DNA of 64,000 nt from Eledone cirrhosa (Eukaryota), in contig OZ024743.1 in NCBI GenBank assembly GCA_964016885.1, forward strand, positions 227,106,001-227,170,000, written 5' to 3'. The position numbers were made by a program, and so were the translations under genes. Shown in pieces: positions 1 through 11,836 of the stretch. The first letter of the stretch is position 1, and each line of letters opens with the position of its first letter. The notes below the pieces were generated by a model. That model searched no databases. It had not been told where the DNA came from and saw nothing but the letters and a program-made list of their open reading frames with translations.

Positions 1-59
1 ACTCTCTTAACCAAGATGATATTTACCAAAAAGAAGAACAAGTCAACATCATTGGATAC

Positions 60-340
60 CATCAGGGTTGCAGGTGTTATATCAGAGTTTTCCTTCTCCT
101 AGAATTCTGCCTTGACAAAGGCTAAGGGGTCATCTCTCCCAGTGATTTTGGATGGCCATTGACTCTTAAGAGCTCCTTTGCCCTTTGACAGGTTTTATTT
201 TTAGTCCTGCAGGATGTCCAAAGTCACCCTCCTCACCAAGAAACCTTGGTGGGGTTGCCAGTTTAGTCGCCAACGACCCGACCATTAGACAGGTTGTACT
301 GGGATACATGTTACCAGTAGCACCAACTGGTTTCCTGACA
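60..340 (-). mobile_element. Probable 5' UTR fragment of an RTE-type LINE or a SINE derived from it
   Basis: Minus strand reads ...GCCTTTGTCAAGGCAGAATTCTAGGAGAAGGAAAACTCTG..., resembling a motif I recall from RTE-clade 5' UTRs. It abuts (TA)n at about 340 and has no ORF support. Confidence 0.4.
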
Positions 341-813
<473 letters not shown>

Positions 814-823
<10 letters not shown>

Positions 824-998
824 CGTAAAATAAGAAAATTTTTAAAAAGTTTTTTTTAAAGTGTTCTTATTTTACGTCTTTTATATTAATGTTCTGCATT
901 CTCCTGCATTGAACCACCTAGGTACTATGACATAACCTGTGTATTTGCTGGCATTAGCGTACATCTGTGCGCTTATGTTAGTAGATATATTAAATTAT
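814..998 (+). mobile_element. Short fold-back remnant of the repeat family at 42867-43490
   Basis: Palindromic arms at about 814-848 and 853-886 (AAAAGACGTAAAATAAGAA / TTCTTATTTTACGTCTTTT). 864-995 is a diverged reverse complement of about 43270-43410. Confidence 0.7.
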
Positions 999-1011
999 CT
1001 ATATATATATA

Positions 1012-1213
1012 TATTTTATAGGAGGAGCTTCTACAGGACTAGTACAGTTTCATTCAGATGAAATCTTCAGGAAGCGCTTCCTGAAGATTTCATCTGAATG
1101 AAACAGTACTAGTCCTGTAGAAGCTCCTTCTATAAAATAAAAAAAATGTTACTCTGCCATGTATTGAGTACCTTACTTACTGTGGTTATCCCCGACTCAA
1201 CCCGGGACCTACG
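1012..1213 (+). mobile_element. PLE pseudo-LTR fold-back cassette with HHR-like motif
   Basis: Near-perfect loopless palindrome centred at 1075/1076. The arm reads GCTTC-CTGAAGA-T-TTCA-TC-TGAA-T-GAAAC-AGTACTA-GTC. Unpaired tail 1140-1213; flanked by (TA)n. Confidence 0.7.
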
Positions 1214-1234
1214 TATATATATATATATATATAT

Positions 1235-1999
1235 TAGAAAGTGAGGTTTTTTTACAAAATGTAAAATAACCGAGGTGTCCTACACGAGTGGAAGTATAAA
1301 GAAAAAGAGATGAAATCGAAAATGCAACTGAAGTCTTATTTTTTTTTTAAATATATATATTTATTTGGTTCCTTTACCGGTTTCGCAGTTCATCTGCTTT
1401 TCAAAAGGTGAGTTGAGATGGAGGGTCTGTGGTTTTTCTCACATCTGGTTGGTCTCTGAATGTTACTTGTTTTATATGGAAAAAGTGGCTCGAAAGCCAG
1501 GTTTTTCGAGAAGTAATTTGATTGGTTTGTCAATAATTATAATAAATTTCGCGCCAGTTCGCGTCATAATAGTTCTTCAAATAAGAGAGGGGGGGGGGGT
1601 TGTCACAGGTTGTTTTTTCATATATAAGTGTTTGAATTTCTTTTTACTTGAAAAAATTTATTATAATTATTTATTATAATTTATTATAATTTATTATAAT
1701 TATTATAATTTATTATAATTTATTATAATTTATTATAATTATTTATAATTTATTATAATTTATTATAATTATTGACAAACCAATCAAATTACTTCTCGAA
1801 AAACCTGGCTTTCGAGCCACTTTTTCCATATAAAACAAGTAACATTCAGAGACCAACCAAATGTGAGATAAACAACAGACCCTCCATCTCAACTCACCTT
1901 TTAGTAGAAGAACTGCGAAACCGGTAAAGGAACCAAATAAATATATGTATTTAAAAAAAAAATAAGACTTCAGTTGCATTTTCGATTTCATCTCATTTT

Positions 2000-2005
<6 letters not shown>
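1235..2005 (-). mobile_element. PLE pseudo-LTR remnant with inverted terminal copy
   Basis: Inverted repeat at about 1300-1545 vs 1757-2003, with a (TTATAATTTA)n tract at the turn. Tail 1235-1300; HHR at 1371-1408. Same family as 33250-33575. Confidence 0.75.
1371..1408 (-). ncRNA. Minimal type-I hammerhead ribozyme, U3-A8 core variant
   Basis: Minus strand: CCTT-TTGAAAA-GCAG ATGAA CTGC-GAA-ACCGGT-A-AAGG. Stem I 4 bp, stem II 4 bp, palindromic stem III, GUA triplet. Confidence 0.7.
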
Positions 2006-2038
<33 letters not shown>

Positions 2039-2094
2039 TACGTACATATATATATATACATACATATACATACATATATGTATGTATATGATAC

Positions 2095-3505
<1,411 letters not shown>

Positions 3506-3836
3506 CATACATACATATATATATACATATAAACATGTATGGGATAGTCAGAGTGAGAAAGTCAGAAACATTTTACGCAAGAATAAGTGTCATGTTGCTT
3601 ATATGTTATATATATACATATATATATATATATATTTCTGAATTTGTTTGGCAAGATTCTTTATCTGAAATCGTGTGTTGAAACCGATATTGTTATACTT
3701 TGGGAGGGTCATGTAGCCAATAAGAAACACACGCACCAGTTGCTTTCACTTCAATTTATTATATATTTATAAATTTACAAATTTATAAATTTCTGGTTGG
3801 TTGGTTGGTTCCACAACCAGATAGTTGTTTATATAT

Positions 3837-3881
3837 AGTCATAGTTCTTTCGTCACACACTCTGTGACCTCTTCAGTGACT
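3837..3881 (-). ncRNA. Minimal type-I hammerhead ribozyme in the PLE pseudo-LTR
   Basis: Minus strand: AGTCA-CTGAAGA-G-GTCACA GAGTG TGTGAC-GAA-AG AA CT-A-TGACT. Perfect 5-bp stem I, 6-bp stem II, CUA triplet. Confidence 0.8.
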
Positions 3882-4081
3882 GGGGATTCCTTTCTTTGTT
3901 TCTGTGCCTCTCCTTTGTTCTGTCCTACGCCATTTTGTTTCTGTGTGTGTGTTGTGTGCTCAGTCTGCGCATGGGCCACGTCCGGGTGTCTGTGTGTGTT
4001 TATGTTCATTTATCTATTTGTTTATTTACATGCTACTCGTTGGTTGTTTGTTCTATGTGTGTGTGTGTTTTCATTTTGTCC

Positions 4082-5127
4082 TTAATTGTAAGTTGTGATG
4101 TTGCTGTTCCACTCATGTTTTCTATTTAATTTTGGTTGTAATTCTTTTATGTTTATTGCCTCTGTAATTTGTCTAAACATTGCGTCTTTTCTGTGTGTAG
4201 ATTCTATTTTTATTTCTATGTTCTCTAATTTACCCTTGTGTTCTATCTTAGCATGTTTGTAGAGTACAGATGATTCTTTATTATCTTGAAGGTCTCGCCA
4301 GTGTTCATTTATCCGTTCCCCTACACTACGAGCTGTCTCACCTATGTACACTATATTTTTGTCTCTACATTGTCCTTCAGTACATCTTATGCTATACACT
4401 ACATTTCTAGTTTTACAGTTAATATGGGGGCTTATTTTACAGGTTACACATTTCTTATCTATACATGAGGGTCTTAGAAAAGGGTATGTCTTGCTAATAA
4501 GTGTTTTTACGGAGGTACCTGGTCTTTCTACTATCTTAATATTGAGTTTATGTTTATTTAGGGCCCTTCTAAATTTGTAAGCTAGTTCACCTCTAGGGGT
4601 TGTATCGATGAACATTACACTCTGGTATTTATTGCTATCATACCATGAGTTTATTCTATTAGCCTTGTTCCTAGTTCTTTCTATTCTATTCCAAAATTTG
4701 CTCCTATACAAGGGGCAGGTCCATTTATGTCATTATTTACCATTTTTTCCCATTTGGTTCTGGCTCCTCTATACACTCTGATTCTATCTCTCTGATTGTA
4801 GCCAGAGAAATGCATACGGTGGATGAAGTGTTGTATGTGTCTCTCTAGTTCTTCGTGGTTGCACATGCGGGACACATTTCTCATCACCCGTACCAAATCC
4901 GCAATCAGTATGTTGATTTTGGTATGGTCCGAAATGGCCGAGTTTCGGTGGATCAGATGTTTGGAAGTCATGGGTTTGGCATAATGGGAATGGAGGATTT
5001 GTTTTTTGTTGTTAATGGTATCTAACCAGAGCTCTGTGTCTAGTACAGGTAATCGATGGTTGGGGTGTTTACTTGGGTAGTCTATAGTAACTCTAATGCT
5101 CTGGTGGATGGATTTTGCTATTTGCAT
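4082..5127 (-). pseudogene. PLE RT/GIY-YIG endonuclease ORF remnant, one frameshift near 4700
   Basis: GIY-YIG motifs VVY / YIGET / R...H / E / N across two overlapping ORFs. Confidence 0.9.
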
Positions 5128-5189
5128 ATATATATATTGCATATATATATTGCATATATATATTGCATATATATATATTTCATATATAT

Positions 5190-5320
5190 ATGAATGAAGT
5201 AATTCCGTCGGAAAGGTACAGGAAAAAAGAGTGCTCTATGTAGGTTACAGAGCTTATTAGTTATGTAATAAAGAAACCACTGGTAAATGAAATAATTATC
5301 TTATGTTGTTTATTACATAA

Positions 5321-5325
<5 letters not shown>
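5190..5325 (-). mobile_element. PLE-type terminal fragment, same family as 23593-23658 and 29746-29992
   Basis: Shares GAGTGCTCTATGTAG..TACAGAGCTT..TAGTTATGTAATAAA with 29746-29820 and carries a short inverted end. Confidence 0.6.
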
Positions 5326-5356
<31 letters not shown>

Positions 5357-5620
5357 AAAAGAATTAAAACCTCAACGGCTTAGCTCCGACCGTTTCGACA
5401 GCTAGATCTCAAATGTTCAGATCTATTTTCCTTCTCTCCCTCCTCTGTTTTCCCAATAACTTACCCGGTTATTGAACGACCTGGGGTAGATATATTGTCT
5501 TTAAAGCGTTGAAATATCCGAGACTGAAGAGATCCCCCTCCCCCGCCCTTCTTGCATTCTTCTTACTCACCATTCCATTTTTAAGCCTAACTTGATTGCA
5601 ACCACACAGCTACCATATCT

Positions 5621-5735
<115 letters not shown>

Positions 5736-5764
5736 TTATACTCCAATATATATATATATGTATG

Positions 5765-5800
<36 letters not shown>

Positions 5801-6007
5801 ATACACATATGTATATATATGTATATCTATGTATACATAAACCATAATTACCACTTACATATTGCTAGATATTTCTCGTATATGCTGTCCGTGCAGTTCT
5901 TAACCATAAATTATATATTTGCTATTTTATGTCTAGAGTTACCATATGCTGACAAAATTCACTTGACCAACATCTCATGAATGTATCCCTTCTTTCTATT
6001 CCCCTGC

Positions 6008-6066
<59 letters not shown>

Positions 6067-6250
6067 CTGTACCCCACTCACTGCTACATACTCACGCACT
6101 CACACCCAGTTCGTTACCGATATCATGTGCGCTCAAAATAAATAAAGCTTTATTTGTAAATATTTGCAATGACTGTTTATCTCAATGGATAAAGTTTGAC
6201 TTGAAAACACTCATACAAACATGTATTACCTAATATTATTATAAGTAAAT

Positions 6251-6645
6251 GGTGGAATGGCAATATCGGTAGAGGGTCGGACGCCATGCTTTCCAGCATA
6301 GTTACGTCCCTTTACGATCTGAGTTCAAATCCCGCCGAGGTTGACTTTGCCTTTCATCCTTACGGGGTCGATAAAATAAAGTACCAGTAATGCACTGGGT
6401 AATTGCTGGCCTTGTGCCTAAAGTAGAAACAATTATTATAAGTAAATAAGGGCGGTGGATTTGCAGTATCGGTAGAGGGTCGGACGCCATGCTTTGACGC
6501 ATAGAGTTACGGCCCTTGCCATTCTGAGTTCAAATCCCGCCGAGGTTAACTTTGCCTTTCATCCTTACGGGGTCGATAAAATGAAGTACCAGTAATACAC
6601 TGGGTAATTGCTGGCCAAAAGTAGAAACAATTATTATAAGTAAAT
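6251..6645 (+). mobile_element. Two tandem tRNA-derived SINEs
   Basis: Two units of about 195 bp. Each has an A-box-like TGGCAATATCGG, B-box GAGTTCAAATCC, core GCCTTTCATCCTTACGGGGTCGATAAAATAAAGTACCAG and an ATTATTAT tail. Confidence 0.88.
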
Positions 6646-6832
6646 ATCAAGAGAGTGCTAAATAATATTCATACCACCATAACAATGCGCAGATTGAAGT
6701 TGTGACTTCATTTCTTCGAAATAATATATTTAAGCAATCATATGTTGCACTATGCTATATATGGGAATATAATAGTATATATATGTTCATGTAATATATA
6801 TATATACGTTTATAAATATATGCATGTGTATG

Positions 6833-6886
<54 letters not shown>

Positions 6887-6925
6887 CGTGTATAAATATA
6901 TGCATGTATAAATATATATACATAC

Positions 6926-6962
<37 letters not shown>

Positions 6963-7816
6963 TGTATATATATATATATATGTATATATGTATATATACA
7001 CATGCATATATGGATAACCAAAGATGTGTGTTCGACTCCCATGTACGTCAATACTCATCTTTTTCCATTTATCTGAGGGTTCTAAACCCCATTATCAGGC
7101 TAAAATTTCTTCAGTCAAAAATACGTTGAAAGCTATTCTATTTTCTAATTTCAAACCTGCTCACTGTTTCAAAACATACTTACTTGTCATATATAAATAT
7201 GTATATATATATAATATACATTTTCTATTAGAACATACCGAAGGGTTGTTCGGTTGCGGCTGCTGTTACGTCCTGTGTTGATGTTGATGTGTCGTCATTT
7301 CTGAGGATGCTTGGACCCAGGAGAAAAATCTGATTTACATTGTAAATAAGGTTAAAGGCATAGCCTTGTTTCACTGTTATTATGCATTATTGGTGAATGT
7401 TTGCGTTTTCAATCTTGCTTATGCCTATGGACATAGATTTTTAGAACATAAAATAGAGTCACTCACATTTATGGCAAGTATAATTCATATAATTACAACT
7501 AATGAGTTAAAGCAAATAACTTTAAATCATGTGAAATTTACCTCATAGTTGGAGAAAGAAAGGAATCATAGCAGCAATTGTTAGCGATTCTCAGAGAGAA
7601 TAATAGACAATATCAAGGATTTATGAAATATTTAAACATAAATTCAATTCCGCCTTACCGTAGAGGAATATCCATACTTTATTAACTGGCAAAGTGTTAG
7701 CGAGGAACCTGAAATCATGTCAGCATTTGCTTTCATCACCCCGTTTTAAATTTGTACATGTAAAGCGAACTTACAATAGTGATTTATACACACACACATA
7801 CACTCACACATATATA

Positions 7817-8594
7817 TCTATATATATAAAACTGAGGATGTCTGTCTGTGTGTGTGTGAGTTCGAATCTCTAAAACTCGAGAATCACCCAACCGACTGTT
7901 TTTAAACTTTACACATGTAATACTTGTGGTTCAGGGAGTCTTCTGAGCAAAAACAAATTCAAATGTTCTATATCCCAGGAACCACATTAGGCGATTTAGC
8001 GATCTCGCTCTATAATTCTTAGTCTTTCTCTTTTTAGATAGATACATACTTATAACGTCGCGCCTTAAAATATCTGTCTGCATTACGTCACTTCCTTGAG
8101 GATGTGTGTGTGAGTTTGAATCCTTAAAACTCGAGAAGTACACAACCGATTTTTTCAAAGTTTACATGTGTATTACTTATGTTTAAGGGAGTATTATGGA
8201 CATAAAAAAATTCAACTTTTTTTTAATCTCCTAGGGCCCACATTAGGTGAAAAACTGCGTTGTTTAACATTTTTAGGGGCTTTTTGAGGCGTTACGTCAG
8301 ACCGATTTCATTGAAATTGTAACTATGTATTAGTCAATATCTTCTTCATACCGTTAGCAAAGAAAATCCTACTTTCTTATGGCCTAGAGCCCACATTAGG
8401 TGAAAAAAATCATTTTTTCAGCTTCTTAGCATCATTTTCTTGATCCCCTAGCACTTTTCCTACTTCATCGAGGAAAATCTTAAAGATTATCTAGCCATCA
8501 GAGTATTCGGTTTATTTTCTTTACATATTGTCCAGGCATGCAGTTTTTAGATCTATTGGCGGCCCGCGTTCGAAAATACCTTATCCACTGCTAG
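7817..8594 (+). mobile_element. Non-autonomous Helitron, composite, 3' hairpin deleted
   Basis: 5' TC(TATA)..., 3' ...CCACTGCTAG, located between A and T with no TSD. Homologous to 17042-17542. The 5' block is repeated at about 8098-8260. Confidence 0.8.
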
Positions 8595-8614
8595 TATATA
8601 TATATATATATATA

Positions 8615-8772
8615 TCAGTTAGGATGTGGTAAAAACCGGCTAGACCATTACTCACCAATGTACCCGATACTTCCAACGGCTGAGTCCCTGCCGTCTCGAT
8701 AGCTAGATCCGAACTAGGATTTACCTGTTGAAACGGCCGGAGCTCAGCCGTCGGGATCCTGAGTCTTTTCAT
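8615..8772. mobile_element. Short fold-back with the 3' half of an HHR (family of 30786-31337)
   Basis: GAAACGGC-CGGAGCTCA-GCCGT-C-GGGA at about 8730-8757, with a degenerate inverted copy at about 8672-8700. A related fragment lies at 5370-5410 (-). Confidence 0.6.
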
Positions 8773-8775
8773 ATG

Positions 8776-9067
<292 letters not shown>

Positions 9068-9113
9068 TACACATATCATATATATATACGCATACATATA
9101 TATATGTACGCAT

Positions 9114-9169
<56 letters not shown>

Positions 9170-9873
9170 TATATATATATATATACACATATATATATAT
9201 ACATACATATATAAATATACACAAACATGGATACACACACATAAATATATATATATATATATATATATAAATTGGTGACGTCTGTTAATACGTATATTTG
9301 CATGTAATTCAGTGCACGTATGGTTATACGTGAGTGTCAGTCTGTATATATTTATGTATACCTGCTGTTGTATGTGTTTATATATGACGAAATACTCTAT
9401 CGAATACTTCCTCTTAGAAATTCTCTCTTTATAATTTCACTGTTTTTGTCGAAGTTTCTTCGCTTTACTGTCATCTGCAATATTTCCAAGAATTTCAAAG
9501 AATTTTTGCCTCAAGTTTATTTAGAGGAATGCATCAGAATTTACGTACAGAATTTTTCAATTCTTTCATTAGGATTGTCCTTGCAGTGAATATTTTACAC
9601 ATGAAAGAAAATATTATAAAATAGGTATGTGAAACAAGCAGATATTATCTATTGGCGTAGTTTATATCCCGAAGAATACCGAACGTCTTTCTGCTTTTAA
9701 AAGATGTCATTCAAGTACATTGCCAGCATGCTACCGGCCCTACAATACAGTTCTGTTATTCTGTTATTCATATCTCGTTTGGTTTGTAACCTTGTAAAAT
9801 TCCAGCTATACATATATAAATACACCCAACAAACTCAGACACACACACTCCCACGCACGCACTAAGACGCACA

Positions 9874-9960
<87 letters not shown>

Positions 9961-10439
9961 TTATATATATGTATATGCATATATGAATATAAATATATGT
10001 ACACACACACACACATATATATATATATATTGTATATATAAATATGTATATGAATAAATATATATATATATATTTCTGTATATAGATATGTATATAAATA
10101 AATAAAAAAAATATATATATATATATATTTATTTATACGCATATACATATATATATACTCATATACATATATATATATATATACGTACATAAATATACTC
10201 AACCGCATGCGCTCATGCACACATACACACATATAAATATGTATATGTACATATATACGTTGATACAAGATATTCTAATTACGTAATTTTCCCACGTATT
10301 ACAATGTTGTGCATTACAGTCAGTATATATACTTTATGCGTATATACTTTATGTATTCAAACAATGTATATTTCTGCCAAGTCCAGTGATACAAACTTTG
10401 CACTACGCCCGAAAACATATAGTGCTAGATGCTAAATTT

Positions 10440-11515
10440 AAACGATGGGGTGGCGACTGTTTGGGGATGAAACAACCAGAGATTTATTGTTTTTTAAAGA
10501 AACATAACGAAGTTTTTTAAAAGGTGTTGGGATGTTACACACCAAATGATTACCTAGTTAATTACCTTAATGTTTACCTAGTTAATTAGCTTAATGTTTA
10601 TATTAAGGTGCCATGACGTCTTTACATTACTTGTACATCCGTATAGAGATTCTCTACTTCTAGATCTGTAGTCACATCATGGAGGAAGGGTTAAAATGTT
10701 CCCTTTTTATTAATTACCTTACAGGTTAAATCCTATTATATGGAATCTTGGAGAAGTGCTATTTACCATAGATGAATGCCTTGTACGGGAAACTGAGCAG
10801 ACAAAAAGTTTGTAGGTCCGTCGAATACATTGTACATCTAATTTTCATCATGCAATGCATCACACTGAATCTCTAAGATAATTGTGGTATGAGTGCACGT
10901 GTCGATGTAATGCTTAGCCAATTACAGGTTATGGTTCTAAGCAGGTTGTTCCATTTATGGAATAACTGGAACACTAATCGTCGAATCCGATAGATATCAA
11001 TTGTAGCTCATGATCTAGCAAGTATTGTAAAAGCTTGTTCTTCGCTGAAGGGAACTAATAATACATAATCAAGTGCCGAGATGTTACTCGGTTTCTCAAG
11101 ATCAGAATATCTTGTGAAAGCCTCATTAAGATGTATTAATGTTAGAATGAATCAATGAAGTGTTATCAACAGAACGTGTCATGAGTATGTAGAACAATGA
11201 GAGCAGAGTGGGGTACAACATTTTGTAGAGAAAATTACACCTATTCATGCTTTGAGGAAAGGAGGATAAGAGTGCTGAGTTAAGATGATAATCTTAATGA
11301 AATTAGAAGGTAAATAGTTCGAATTGATATTGAAAGACGCTCAAATTGGTCGCTAAATGTCTAGATTGAAGAAAAGTAATTTTCTGGGTGAATAGTCATT
11401 TAGATTTTAACGACCAGGAAAAGGATTTAATTATTCTAAGTTTCGAAGACGATTTATAAGACAGTGGACATGGTGAATAATTAATGATGACCTAGATAAG
11501 TTTGGAGGAAAAGTG
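10440..11515 (-). mobile_element. Possible highly decayed LINE RT fragment
   Basis: Non-microsatellite block of coding-like composition with no intact ORF and only weak motif hints. Confidence 0.25.
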
Positions 11516-11699
11516 CACAAGCATGCACACGAATAAACACATACGCACACACACACATTTATATATGTGTGTGTGTATATATATACACATATGCGCACAT
11601 CTATATCAAGTTTTGTAGCTTTATAATATATCTGAGTATTTCACCCTCTCTCTCTCTCTCTCTGTATATATATATACACACACACATATATACACACAA

Positions 11700-11793
<94 letters not shown>

Positions 11794-11836
11794 GTGTGTG
11801 TATATATGTGTGTGTGTATATATATATATATATATA

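Larger units (their letters stand above)
3637..5127 (-). mobile_element. 5'-truncated Penelope-like element (RT C-terminus, Cys linker, GIY-YIG, pseudo-LTR)
   Basis: ORF 4681-5142 has LPVLDTELW...HYAKP...IHRNSA (PLE RT thumb). ORF 4082-4711 has CIDKKCVTC...CKTRNVVYSIRC...VYIGETARSVGERINEH...EAINI...LN. HHR lies downstream. Confidence 0.92.

Noticed and set aside
6251-6330. tRNA gene
   Set aside because: A/B boxes are present but there is no cloverleaf; it is the SINE head.
7060-7120. CTGATAA-TGGGGTT TAG AACCCT (minus strand) and CTGACAA at 22742 as hammerheads
   Set aside because: Uncompensated G8A and no convincing GAAA, stem III or stem I.
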